DNA of 64,000 bases, from the NCBI GenBank assembly GCA_951812955.1, contig OX638340.1:2752001-2816000 (forward strand). The letters are read 5' to 3'. How positions within the stretch are numbered: the first letter of the stretch is position 1; each line of letters starts with the position of its first letter. This DNA is from an uncultured Gemmatimonadota bacterium (GTDB lineage: Bacteria; JAAXHH01). The notes under the pieces are model-generated. The model did no database searches, was not told where the DNA came from, and saw nothing but the letters and a program-made list of their open reading frames with translations. The translations under genes were made by a program, and so were the position numbers. Shown one piece after another: positions 47,700 through 57,139 of the stretch.

Positions 47700-48345
47700 C
47701 GATTCGATCCATGACCTCCCTGATCCGTCGGATAGCTTGGCCGGGATCGGCGTTTCCGGTAACGTAACCTCCTACGATCACGATATCCGGTTCATGGGGA
47801 ACCAGGCGCTCGATCATCCTGGGATTCAGTCCACCCGCGACGGCCCGCCCCGCCCGTTCAACAACCGCGTTGACCCGGTCGAAACCTTCCAGGGTCCGCT
47901 CGGGATCGCTCTGCCCCTGGTTGTCAAAAGCCGTGTGCACACAGATGTAGTCCAGCCCGGACAGATCCAATTCGCGGGCCAGGAAGACGGCCTCGTCCAC
48001 TTCGCGTGCGGCGATCAGGTCGGCCATGATCTGGCCGCCGGACCGCTTCGCCCGTTCACAGGATTCTCGAAGCGTAGCCTGGTGGGCCGTCCCAAGCACG
48101 GTAACGATATCCGCTCCCGCATCGAATGCGAGGCCCGCTTCCATAGCGCCGGCATCCACGATCTTGAGATCCGCCAGCAACTTCCTGTCGGGATATTCCC
48201 GCTTGATCTCGGAGATGATGTCGATCCCGTAACGGATCAGCAGGGGGGTTCCGAGCTCGATGATGTCCACGTGGACGGCGGTCTGCTCCAACAGGCGGCG
48301 AACCGCCCCCGCTTGAGGCTTGTCCAGGGCGAGTTGGAGCAACAT
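47692..48345 (-). CDS. hxlA: 3-hexulose-6-phosphate synthase (OMP-decarboxylase fold)
   Basis: MLLQLALDKP...VDIIELGTPLLIRYG...KLLADLKIVDAG is characteristic of HPS/KGPDC family members; 217 aa. Confidence 0.75.
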   Translation of the reverse strand: MLLQLALDKPQAGAVRRLLEQTAVHVDIIELGTPLLIRYGIDIISEIKREYPDRKLLADLKIVDAGAMEAGLAFDAGADIVTVLGTAHQATLRESCERAKRSGGQIMADLIAAREVDEAVFLARELDLSGLDYICVHTAFDNQGQSDPERTLEGFDRVNAVVERAGRAVAGGLNPRMIERLVPHEPDIVIVGGYVTGNADPGQAIRRIREVMDRIDE

Positions 48346-48401
48346 GATGGCCGGGCTCGCTTGGAGGAGGCGGACTTCGCATCCTGTCCGCCTGACCTGA
48401 T

Positions 48402-49178
48402 TTATTCCGGGTGGTCGCCGATACAGACCCGGAGCAGGTTAGGGTGTCCCGGTATATCCTTCGTACCGGCGCCGTAACCGATTTTTCTCAACACCATCTT
48501 TGGCGGAACACCGTGCCCGTCGGCCGTGGCTTTAAGAAACGCGGCGCCGGTCGGAGTGACCAACTCACCCTCGATACCGGTGTGGTAAACTGGCATGTCC
48601 CGCATCAGTTCCAGCGCGCCCGGGGCGGGTACCGGCATAAGACCGTGTGCACAATGGATAAAGCCCCTTCCCATCGGCAGCGCCGAGGCGTACACCATTT
48701 CTATGTCAAGCAGGGCCAGGCCTATGCATGCGCCCACGATGTCGACGATGGCATCGACCCCGCTGACTTCGTGCAGGTGGACCTCCCGTTTCGAAATGCC
48801 GTGTACCTTGCTTTCCGCCGTCGCCAGATGATCGAATACCTGGATCGCCCGCCGCCTGACAGCTCCGTCAATCGTGCTGCCTTCGATTATGGAAGTCAGA
48901 TCTTCGAGGTGCCTTGCTTCTCCGTGGTCGTGGTAAGGCCCGTCCTCGCCGGGTCCCTCGATGATTTCACGACCCTCCGCGGTCTGGACGATGACGTCGA
49001 CCTTGGTCCCGGCGATGTATTGCCGGGTCACTGTTTTCCGGGTGAGCCGATAACCGTCGAGAGGAAGTTTTTGCAGTTCGCCGCTCAGCGCGTCGAAATC
49101 CAGGCCGGCGTCCACCAGTGCGCCGAGGATCATATCGCCGCTGATTCCGGAGAAACAGTCGAAGTACGCTATGGCCAT
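48402..49178 (-). CDS. larC: LarC-like (DUF111) nickel-insertion protein, N-terminal domain only
   Basis: MAIAYFDCFSGISGDMILGALVDAGLDFDAL is the hallmark DUF111 N-terminus. 258 aa, so only the LarC1-like part. No LarC2 is evident nearby. Confidence 0.6.
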   Translation of the reverse strand: MAIAYFDCFSGISGDMILGALVDAGLDFDALSGELQKLPLDGYRLTRKTVTRQYIAGTKVDVIVQTAEGREIIEGPGEDGPYHDHGEARHLEDLTSIIEGSTIDGAVRRRAIQVFDHLATAESKVHGISKREVHLHEVSGVDAIVDIVGACIGLALLDIEMVYASALPMGRGFIHCAHGLMPVPAPGALELMRDMPVYHTGIEGELVTPTGAAFLKATADGHGVPPKMVLRKIGYGAGTKDIPGHPNLLRVCIGDHPE

Positions 49179-49258
49179 GCATCCGCCCCATACATAAATG
49201 ACCGGACGATCTGAGTAAATCGTCCGGCCATGAGAAACTACAGAATAGGCTGGTCCGG

Positions 49259-49996
49259 CTACCTGCGGGAGTCGCCGTCGGCATTCGTTTCACCGCCCGT
49301 TTCCCCGGCGTCGCCCGCGTCACCCGCGTCCGCACCGCCGTCGGCATTCGCTTCACCGCCAGCGTTCCCGGTGTCGCCCATGCCACCCGTGTCCGCGCCG
49401 CCGTCGGCATTCGCTTCACCGCCAGCGTTCCCGGCGTCGCCCATGCCACCCGTGTCCGCGCCGCCGTCGGCGTTCGCTTCACCGTCAGCGTTCCCGGCGT
49501 CACCATCATCGCCAACCCCTTCGGTCATTTCCTCTTCGGTCATTTCGGCTTCTTTCAATTCCAGGGCGACGAGCAGTTCATCCACGTCTTCGGGCCAGGC
49601 TTCGTTCATTTCCAGCGCGATCGTCAGTTGATCGGCAACGAGTTCCATGGCCTCTTCCGCGATGCCCATTTCTCCCAGGCTTTCCTTAAAACTCTTCCCG
49701 TCGTACTCGATCTCACCCCCGGCGACCAATGTGAATTGGGCCAGCAGGTCCGCTTTCCACGCATCCTGGTCGACCCCTTCGAGTTGGCCCTTCAACTGCT
49801 CTTCTTCCACGGCCGCGTCGACGAAATCATCGATCACGCCCATAATCATTTCTTCACCGCCCAGGCGGTCATAGAGGGGACCGTCCATCACCCATTCCAT
49901 GTTCGGGTCGTCATGCTGGGCATGCAGGGGTGCGGCGGTACCGATCAGCAGGAATAGCGCGGGAAGCGCCACGGAAGTCAAAGCCATGCGAATCAT
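49259..49996 (-). CDS. Secreted truncated-hemoglobin (group I trHb) homolog lacking the proximal His, with acidic Gly/Asp/Asn tandem-repeat tail
   Basis: Signal peptide MIRMALTSVALPALFLLIGTAAPLHAQ. LYDRLGGEEMIMGVIDDF...FTLVAGGE colinear with HbN-type trHbs, but Leu replaces the expected F8 His and FV replaces the B10 FY. C-terminal about 21-aa repeats GGMGDAGNAGGEANADGGADT. Confidence 0.55.
   Translation of the reverse strand: MIRMALTSVALPALFLLIGTAAPLHAQHDDPNMEWVMDGPLYDRLGGEEMIMGVIDDFVDAAVEEEQLKGQLEGVDQDAWKADLLAQFTLVAGGEIEYDGKSFKESLGEMGIAEEAMELVADQLTIALEMNEAWPEDVDELLVALELKEAEMTEEEMTEGVGDDGDAGNADGEANADGGADTGGMGDAGNAGGEANADGGADTGGMGDTGNAGGEANADGGADAGDAGDAGETGGETNADGDSRR
49270..49505. repeat. 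About 63-bp tandem repeat x about 3.5 (coding the acidic tail of the trHb-like protein)
   Basis: Repeated unit ccgccgtcggcattcgcttcaccgccagcgttcccgg(t/c)gtcgcccatgccacccgtgtccgcg, read from the sequence. Confidence 0.8.
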
Positions 49997-50159
49997 TTGG
50001 TATTCTCCTTGTTCCCCGGTCGGGGCGCGTTGTTTCAATCCAGACCCAGTTACTCGCCGTATTTCGTCGTACACGTCAACGGGGTTTTACCGGAAGATAG
50101 TGGTAAACCTTTAAAAAATCAACGAATTCTCCCCTGGGCCGACTGGATCGGGTACGCGT

Positions 50160-50990
50160 TTACAGGAGACAGGTGTCGATTACATGAGCGACACCGTCCG
50201 CGTCGTTGGTCGGCGCGACCAGGTCCGCCGCGCGCCGAACCGTGTCCGGCGCGTTCCCCATGGCGACGCCGAGTCCGGCGTATTCGATCATGTCCAGGTC
50301 ATTGAAGTTGTCGCCGATGCTGATCATTCGCTCGGATCCGATACCGTAGCGTTCGCCGAGGAATGCGAGGGACTTCGCCTTGGACACGCCGGCAGGTACG
50401 ATTTCCATGCACCAGTAGTCGCCCACCAGGGTGCTTCGCGACAGGATAATGCCGATCCGGTCGCCGAATTCAGCCAGTTCCGCCTTCAGCTCATGCATGG
50501 ACGATCCCCTTCCGGCCACGGCGATCTGCGCAGGGTCCCGGCTGAGCACCTGTTCCAGGCCGTCCACCTGAAAGACCTTGTCTGCGTTGGCCTCCAGGTA
50601 GCGTTCCCGCCAGCCGTTCGCCGAGCGGGGCAGTTCAACCCAGATGTACCGGCTTTCCGGTACCGGTTCGTAAACGAGGGGATCGTGTCCGCGCCGTTTG
50701 CAGAAATCAACCAGGTCGACTGCCAGTGCCCGCGGCATGTTTACCGCCCTGAGCAAAGGACCGTCGAGGGATTCGAGTATGAGCGCGCCGCTGTGGAAGA
50801 TCAGCGTCGTGGAAGGCGGTACCTTTTCCGCCGCGGCCCGGCCGGAGTTGAGGCTTCTCCCGGTGCAGAGCGCCACGCGCTTTCCCGCCGAGACGGCTCT
50901 TCGAAGGGCCTGGAGCGTTCCGGCGGAGATCTCGCGCCGGGACGTCAGCAGCGTGCCGTCGATGTCGATGGCGATCAGGTCGTAGGACAT
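50160..50990 (-). CDS. Cof-type HAD-IIB family hydrolase (sugar-phosphatase-like)
   Basis: MSYDLIAIDIDGTLL motif I, CTGR motif II region, and GDNFNDLDM motif IV; 276 aa. Confidence 0.8.
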   Translation of the reverse strand: MSYDLIAIDIDGTLLTSRREISAGTLQALRRAVSAGKRVALCTGRSLNSGRAAAEKVPPSTTLIFHSGALILESLDGPLLRAVNMPRALAVDLVDFCKRRGHDPLVYEPVPESRYIWVELPRSANGWRERYLEANADKVFQVDGLEQVLSRDPAQIAVAGRGSSMHELKAELAEFGDRIGIILSRSTLVGDYWCMEIVPAGVSKAKSLAFLGERYGIGSERMISIGDNFNDLDMIEYAGLGVAMGNAPDTVRRAADLVAPTNDADGVAHVIDTCLL

Positions 50991-51008
50991 TTCCGAGGTT
51001 CTTTCGGG

Positions 51009-51838
51009 TCAGGGTATGAAGCGCTCGATAGCCCGGGCGACGCCGTCGTCGTCCACGGAAGCCGTGACATGGTCCGCAAGGGCGCGGACTTCGGGTGGTC
51101 CGTTTCCCATGGCCACGCCCAGGCCCGCCACGTCGAGCATTTCCAGGTCGTTCAGGTTGTCTCCCACCGCCATGACCTCGGTGAGATCGATCCCGAGTAG
51201 CTGGGCCAGTCTGCGCAGTCCGTCGCCCTTGGACACGCCAAAAGGCATGACCGTGATGACACTGTAGCAACGATCCCATGGACTGATTTCGAAGACCACG
51301 CTCGTGTTCGGAAGATGTGCCCTGATGTGTGATTCCCGGCATCTGACCCGTTCGTTGCGCTCGGCGACCGTTATGCAGGTGACGTCCTGCCCGAGATAGT
51401 CGCACAGGTCGTCCACCCGGTGAACGCGGTCGGCGTTCTGCGCGGCGTAGTCGATAAACGCGTGGTTGTCCGGATCTAAGGAATCATAGTAGAAGTATCG
51501 CACTTCAGGTAGCGGGCCGTACACGATGGGATGAAACCCGATGCTGCGAAACACGCGCACGGAATCCATCGCGAGATGATTCGAAAGGTGTCGCAAATAC
51601 CTGGCGCGACGATTGGGGGCGTCGTAAATCATGGCGCCGTTGTTCAGCACGTACGGTACGTTCAACGGTAGATGCCGCACGGCCTCTTCAGCGGATGGCA
51701 GGCTACGCCCCGTGCATACCGTGACGAAGACGCCGCGGCCGACCGCGTGCCGCACCGCGTCCGCCGTGGCGACGGTCATGACCTTTCTTCCGTCGATCAG
51801 CGTGCCGTCGATGTCCAGGGCGAGGAGACGATACATGA
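51009..51838 (-). CDS. Cof-type HAD-IIB family hydrolase (paralog)
   Basis: MYRLLALDIDGTLI...VCTGRSL...GDNLNDLEM. ORF extends upstream through the tRNA genes; start set at the conserved Met (276 aa, same length as its neighbour). Confidence 0.8.
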
Positions 51839-51906
51839 TATAACGGATTAAAAAAAACGGAGACTTATGGAAAGCCTCCGCCTTTCGTTTCAGACCTTGT
51901 ACCCGA

Positions 51907-51980
51907 TGGGCGCTAGTGGACTCGAACCACTGACCTCCACGATGTGAGCGTGGCACTCTAACCGGCTGAGCTAAGCGCCC
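51907..51980 (-). tRNA. tRNA-Val (anticodon CAC)
   Basis: Manual fold of the reverse complement: acceptor GGGCGCT/AGCGCCC; D-arm GCTC...GAGT; anticodon stem CCACG/CGTGG with loop CTCACAT; T-arm AGTGG TTCGAGT CCACT; discriminator A. Confidence 0.7.
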
Positions 51981-51986
51981 GGCAAA

Positions 51987-52060
51987 TGGGCCCGCCAGGA
52001 CTCGAACCTGGGACCGTCCGATTATGAGTCGGATGCTCTAACCAACTGAGCTACAGGCCC
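51987..52060 (-). tRNA. tRNA-Met (anticodon CAT; elongator type, tRNA-Ile2/lysidine not excluded)
   Basis: Reverse complement GGGCCTGTAGCTCAGTTGGTTAGAGCATCCGACTCATAATCGGACGGTCCCAGGTTCGAGTCCTGGCGGGCCCA. G1:C72 is paired, so not an initiator. Loop CTCATAA. Confidence 0.7.
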
Positions 52061-52148
52061 ATGTTTGCGACCCAGTCAGCCTACCCGACAGATTGGATCA
52101 ATATAGGCGAACGGGGGGGCATCGTCAAGCAAAAGATGGGGGTGAAGC

Positions 52149-53915
52149 TCAATCTCCCCGGGCCGATTGCAGCAGGACTTTTTCCTGTTGCTTGAGCTCC
52201 ATGTAAGTGGCCATGGCGTCGTTCAATTCGTCGCTTCGCCCACCCTTTTCCATCTGCTTTATCTGTTCCATGAGTCGGGCCATGCTTTCCTTGAGCCGTT
52301 TCTGTTTTATCCGGATGATATGGTCCCGGGCTCTTTGTTCAAGGTTTACGCCGGAGTCCGATGCATTGATCAGTTCCGTCATCATCCGTGCGGCCTCGTC
52401 ATCGCCGATGGTATCGATCAGGCCGGAAAGGTCGTACGTTCCCTCGCCGCCCAGTCTCGCGAAACACAGCTCGACGATCCGGCGGTACAGGGGGTGCTTG
52501 AAATCCCGAGGTTCCAGTTGGTTTTCGACGAGTTCGGCTATGGCCCGGCCGTCGAGCATGAGTTGCACCAGGTCCCGTTCCACCATCGCGTCGCCGTCCG
52601 GCGCCCCCTCGGCTCGAGGCGCTCGGCGATCGCGTTGCACGGCGCCCGGGCTGCGCAGTTCGGAGGCCAGCAATCCCTGCAGTGCCGGAAACCGGCGTTC
52701 GGCTTCTTCCCGGTACGTTTCCCGGTGGACCAGGTTCGTTGTTTTTCGGATGAGTTCGGTCAGCGTACGAAACACTTCCTCCCGGTCGCCCGAACCCTGG
52801 AGGTTGGCGTGGTGTCCCATGAAATCGGCGATGGAATCGGCGCTGTCGACGAGTTTCATGAACCCGTCCGGCCCGTGTTCTCTCACGTAGGAATCGGGAT
52901 CGTAGTCTTCCGGCAGGCGTACGATCCGGGTCCACAGCCCCGATTCCACGAGGGGTTCGATCGCGCGCCAGGTCGCCCTCACCCCGGCCTGGTCGGAGTC
53001 GTAGACCAGAAACGCCTGCTGTCCGTACCGCGCCAGGAGCCGGGCCTGTTCCCGCGTCAACGCCGTTCCGCAAAGGGCGACCGCCCCGTGGATGCCCTGC
53101 TCGTACAGGCCGAGCAGGTCCATGTATCCCTCCACGACGAGTACCCGTCCCCGTTGCCGCAGCGCATCCCGGGCCTGGTACAGTCCGTAAAGCACCTGGC
53201 TCTTGCGGTAGATGGGGGATTCCGACGAATTCAGATACTTGGGCTGGTCCTCGTCGGAAAGCGCTCTCCCGCCGAATCCGACCACGCGGCCACTGGGCGC
53301 CTGAATGGGAAAGATGAGCCGTTTCCTGAAGGCATCGTAGGTACGCTGCTCGCCGGTCTTGGCCAGTCCGGCCTTAACGAGCAAGGCCGCGTCGATGCCC
53401 TGATTCCGGGCCGCGTTCAGAAGGTCGTTCCATGAATCGGGCGCGTAACCGAGCCCAAAGGACTTGACCGTCTCTTCGGATAGCCCGCGTCGTTCGGTGT
53501 AACGCCGGACGATCGAATCGCGGCCGGCGTTGAGCAGGCGTTCGTGGAAGAACCGGGCGGCGAACCGGGTTACCTGCGCGAGGCTTTCCGCCTCGCTTCC
53601 GGCCTCGCGCTGCCGGTACGTATCGGGTATGGTGATATTGAGGCGGCGGGCGATGTGGCGGACCGCTTCCACGAACGTGACGTTTTCGTGCTCCATGAGG
53701 AAGGAGAATACGTTGCCGCCCTTGCCGCATCCGAAACAGTGGTAAATCTGCCGTTCCGGGTTGACGCTGAAGGAAGGGGTCTTCTCGTCGTGAAACGGAC
53801 AGAGTCCCTTGTAGTTTTTACCCGCTTTTCGCAGCGTGACGTAGTCGGAGACGACGTCCACGATGTCCGCTTGCGACCGGATCGAATCGATGAGCTCTTC
53901 CGGTATCCGCGCCAA
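52149..53915 (-). CDS. dnaG: DNA primase DnaG
   Basis: Zinc-binding CPFHDEKTPSFSV...YHCFGCGKGGNVFSFLME, TOPRIM region (VLVVEGYMDLL), and a C-terminal helicase-interaction domain; 588 aa. Confidence 0.92.
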   Translation of the reverse strand: MARIPEELIDSIRSQADIVDVVSDYVTLRKAGKNYKGLCPFHDEKTPSFSVNPERQIYHCFGCGKGGNVFSFLMEHENVTFVEAVRHIARRLNITIPDTYRQREAGSEAESLAQVTRFAARFFHERLLNAGRDSIVRRYTERRGLSEETVKSFGLGYAPDSWNDLLNAARNQGIDAALLVKAGLAKTGEQRTYDAFRKRLIFPIQAPSGRVVGFGGRALSDEDQPKYLNSSESPIYRKSQVLYGLYQARDALRQRGRVLVVEGYMDLLGLYEQGIHGAVALCGTALTREQARLLARYGQQAFLVYDSDQAGVRATWRAIEPLVESGLWTRIVRLPEDYDPDSYVREHGPDGFMKLVDSADSIADFMGHHANLQGSGDREEVFRTLTELIRKTTNLVHRETYREEAERRFPALQGLLASELRSPGAVQRDRRAPRAEGAPDGDAMVERDLVQLMLDGRAIAELVENQLEPRDFKHPLYRRIVELCFARLGGEGTYDLSGLIDTIGDDEAARMMTELINASDSGVNLEQRARDHIIRIKQKRLKESMARLMEQIKQMEKGGRSDELNDAMATYMELKQQEKVLLQSARGD

Positions 53916-53966
53916 GGCGCTCCCCCGCGTTCCCCCGCCGGTTCCGGGCGGGACTGTTCAAGGTCC

Positions 53967-54548
53967 TCACACCAGGTCGCACGCCTCGGGCGGCATCCAG
54001 TGCGCGTCCCGGTTCTCCCATTTGACGTTGCACCCGATGGGATTGGTGAGCGGCGTCCTGACCGGACGCCCCGCCGTCACGTCGTCAAGGGCTGCTTCCA
54101 GGTCGTTCGCCGTTATGCCGTCCGCGTCTCTGGGACTGTCGACGCCGCGGCCGGTATAGACCAGGCTGCGGTCCGGGTCGAATACATAGAAGTGGGGTGT
54201 TCTGAGGGCGCCATACGCCCGCGCGACATCCTGGGACGCGTCGCGCACGTAGACCCAGGGGAAGCGATGGACATTCATCCGGGAGACCATATGATCGAAA
54301 TCGTCGTCGGGATGCGTGACCTCGCTGTTGGAATTGATCCCGACGAACCGGACTCCGCGGGAGGCATACCTTTCCGCGGAAACGCGGGTGACCTCGTCGG
54401 AACCGGTTACGAAGGGACAGTGGTTGCAGGTGAAAAACACCACCAGCGTCTCCGCGGCGGAGAAATCGTCCAGGCTGTAGGTCCTGCCGTCCGTCGCCGG
54501 AAGCGAGAACCCCGGCGCGGTTTCACCCAATTGCAGCGTAAAGGCCAT
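53967..54548 (-). CDS. Thioredoxin-family protein (AhpC/TSA-like, CNHC motif)
   Basis: [13 protein letters not shown] redox motif. Start set at [14 protein letters not shown] (ORF runs to 54596). Confidence 0.7.
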   Translation of the reverse strand: MAFTLQLGETAPGFSLPATDGRTYSLDDFSAAETLVVFFTCNHCPFVTGSDEVTRVSAERYASRGVRFVGINSNSEVTHPDDDFDHMVSRMNVHRFPWVYVRDASQDVARAYGALRTPHFYVFDPDRSLVYTGRGVDSPRDADGITANDLEAALDDVTAGRPVRTPLTNPIGCNVKWENRDAHWMPPEACDLV

Positions 54549-54649
54549 GATCACCCTCCTGTCGAAACGATGTAACGCAATAACGAAGACGCACACCCCG
54601 GCTTGCGCGGTTCGAACCGGTTCGCCGCGGCGTCATCCCGCGAAAGCGC

Positions 54650-57130
54650 TTAATCTCTCATCTCCACGATGGTTACCCCGGTCCCCCCATCGCGCTCTTC
54701 GGCGAAATGGGACGATTTGACCAGGGGATGGTGTTGCAGAAACTCCCGGATCGCGCTGCTCAGGGCCCCGGTACCCTTTCCGTGCAGGATTCGGATTTCG
54801 TTGAGGTCATCGAGGGCGGTCCGGTCGATGCAGCGGTCCACGGCGTCGATGGCCTCCCTGGCGCGATAACCCCTCACGTCCAGTTCCGACAGGGGATCGC
54901 GGGGACGGTCCACCTGTACTTTGACGCGATTCGCGGTAGTCCCGGTTGAGGCCGCCGGATCGGGTTTGTGGAGACTGACTTCGGACCTCCGCGCCGTGAT
55001 CTCCATCCTGCCGGTCTGGATGCGCAGGCGGTCTCCCTGGTCCTGGAGTACCCTGCCCGCCTGCCGCAATGACTCCAGCCATACCTCGTCGCCCGCCGAG
55101 ATCACCTCCCCACCTGTGCGTTCGGGAACGGTATCCCTGGAATCCCCTCCGGCGCGTTTTGGAACCCGGTCCCCGGTATCCGCGTCCGCCGCGGCCGTAT
55201 CGGTATCAATGGCATCGAGCATGCTCTGAAGCAGAACGCGCTGGTCCCTGACCGCCTTGTGTGATTCCTCGACAGCCCCGGACGCGGCCTGTTCCCTGCG
55301 GACCTCGGCCACTGCCCGGTCGATGGCGGCCTGGGCGTCTTTCAGCATCCGGTCCATCTTCTCGCGGCTGGAATCGATCACGTCGCGTTCTTTCTGCTTG
55401 TATGAAGCGATCCGGTCTTCGTAGGACCGTTTCAAGGCATCGAGTTCAACGCGAAGCCGGTCCGCCTGCTCCTGCGCGGCGACGAGCTGTTCGTGCTTCC
55501 GGTCCACGTCCGTGATCAATTCGTCCAGCCGCCGTTCGGGGGTCCCCATGTACCGGGCGGACCGCACGAGGACTTCTTCGGGCATGCCGAGCCGGCGTCC
55601 GATCTCGATGGCGTAGCTGGCCCCCGGGATGCCCTGCCGGAACTGGTAGGTCGGCGCGAGGGTTTCGACGTGGAAGACCATCGATCCGTTTTCCACCCGA
55701 CCGGTCCGGTTGGCGAAGGCCTTGAGCGCGTCAAGGTGGGTCGTCGCCGCCGTGACGGTCCCCCGCAGGGTAAGCGATTCCAGGATGGACATGCCCATGG
55801 CCGCCCCCGCTGAAGGGTCCGTGCCGGCCCCCAGCTCATCGAGGAGCACCAGGGTGTGTTCGTCGGCGTCTTCCAGGATGGTGCGTATATGCCCCATGTG
55901 GGCCGAAAAGGTACTCAGATTCGCCTCGATCGACTGCTCATCCCCGATGTCCGCGAAGATGGAATCGAACACGGCGATATCCGTGTCGTCGTCAGCGGGT
56001 ATGTGCAAACCGGCCTGCGCCATCATGGTCAGGATTCCGATGGACTTCAGGGCGACCGTCTTGCCGCCCATGTTGGGACCGGTAATCACGAGCGTTCGCA
56101 TGGCTTCGCCGATTTCCAGGTTCAGCGGAACGACCGCCTCGCACTGGTCCGCCTGTTGAAGGATGGGATGCCGTGCGTTGCGCAGGATAACGCGGCCGTC
56201 GGAATTCAGCCTCGGCGGTGCTGCCCGCAGGTCAATCGAAAGCACGGCGGCCGCGTGATAGAAGTCGAGCTGGCCCAGGAGGCCGTAGGAAACGGCTATG
56301 GAATCCGCCTGACGGTGTATCTGGTCGGTCAGGGTTAACAGAACGCGTTCGATTTCGCGGCCTTCCTCCACGATCAGTTCGCGCAGCCGGTTGTTGAATT
56401 CGACGACACCCATGGGTTCGATGAATACCGTGGCGCCGCTCGCGGACTGGTCATGGACCACGCCCTGGACCTGGCCGCGGTGATCCATGCGTACCGGGAC
56501 CACGTACCGCCCGTCCCGCATGGTGATGACCGGGTCCTGCAGCGCCCGGGCTCCTGTTTCGGACTGAACGAACCGCTGAAGCCAGTTTCGCGCGCGTTCC
56601 CGCATGGTCTGTTGATCCGCGCGGATCCGGCGCAGCGCGGGACTGGCGTGATCGCGTACGTTGCCGTCGGCGTCGATCGCTTGCCCGATCGACGTTTCGA
56701 TCTCCTGGAAATCTCCCAGCCCGGATGTGAGGGACCGGACATGGGGCTCGGTGGAACGACTCCTCAACCGCAGGCCGAATGCCCGCATGAGGCGGCTTAC
56801 ACGGAGGGTGTCCGCCACGTCCAGCAGGACCTTCGGATCCAACATGGCACCGGCCGCGCCGGCCTGTTCCAGGGCCTGGCCAATGTCTTTGATGCCTCGC
56901 AGGGGAACGGTTTCCCGCTTGTCGAGGAATCCCCGCATCTCGGTGACGGTCTGGAGGTTCTTCCGGATTACGCCGATCTCGTTTGCCGGATCCAGGGACA
57001 TCGCCCGGCGATGACCCTGAACGGAGACCGTCCTTTCCGATACCATCGTCCTGACGGCGTCGAATTCCAGGACCTGCAGCGTGTGGGGAGGTATTCCGGG
57101 TTTCATGTTCGGTCGTTGGTGATTCGCCAC
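54650..57130 (-). CDS. mutS2: Endonuclease MutS2 (MutS domain III/V + Smr)
   Basis: Walker A ITGPNMGGKTVALKSIGIL; DELGAGTDP; C-terminal Smr (RILHGKGTGALSSAIREFL); 826 aa. Confidence 0.9.
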   Translation of the reverse strand: MANHQRPNMKPGIPPHTLQVLEFDAVRTMVSERTVSVQGHRRAMSLDPANEIGVIRKNLQTVTEMRGFLDKRETVPLRGIKDIGQALEQAGAAGAMLDPKVLLDVADTLRVSRLMRAFGLRLRSRSTEPHVRSLTSGLGDFQEIETSIGQAIDADGNVRDHASPALRRIRADQQTMRERARNWLQRFVQSETGARALQDPVITMRDGRYVVPVRMDHRGQVQGVVHDQSASGATVFIEPMGVVEFNNRLRELIVEEGREIERVLLTLTDQIHRQADSIAVSYGLLGQLDFYHAAAVLSIDLRAAPPRLNSDGRVILRNARHPILQQADQCEAVVPLNLEIGEAMRTLVITGPNMGGKTVALKSIGILTMMAQAGLHIPADDDTDIAVFDSIFADIGDEQSIEANLSTFSAHMGHIRTILEDADEHTLVLLDELGAGTDPSAGAAMGMSILESLTLRGTVTAATTHLDALKAFANRTGRVENGSMVFHVETLAPTYQFRQGIPGASYAIEIGRRLGMPEEVLVRSARYMGTPERRLDELITDVDRKHEQLVAAQEQADRLRVELDALKRSYEDRIASYKQKERDVIDSSREKMDRMLKDAQAAIDRAVAEVRREQAASGAVEESHKAVRDQRVLLQSMLDAIDTDTAAADADTGDRVPKRAGGDSRDTVPERTGGEVISAGDEVWLESLRQAGRVLQDQGDRLRIQTGRMEITARRSEVSLHKPDPAASTGTTANRVKVQVDRPRDPLSELDVRGYRAREAIDAVDRCIDRTALDDLNEIRILHGKGTGALSSAIREFLQHHPLVKSSHFAEERDGGTGVTIVEMRD

Positions 57131-57139
57131 CGGCCAAAG

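Noticed and set aside
52167-53435. 422-aa ORF antisense to dnaG
   Set aside because: dnaG is unambiguous (zinc finger, TOPRIM). The antisense ORF is a high-GC artefact.
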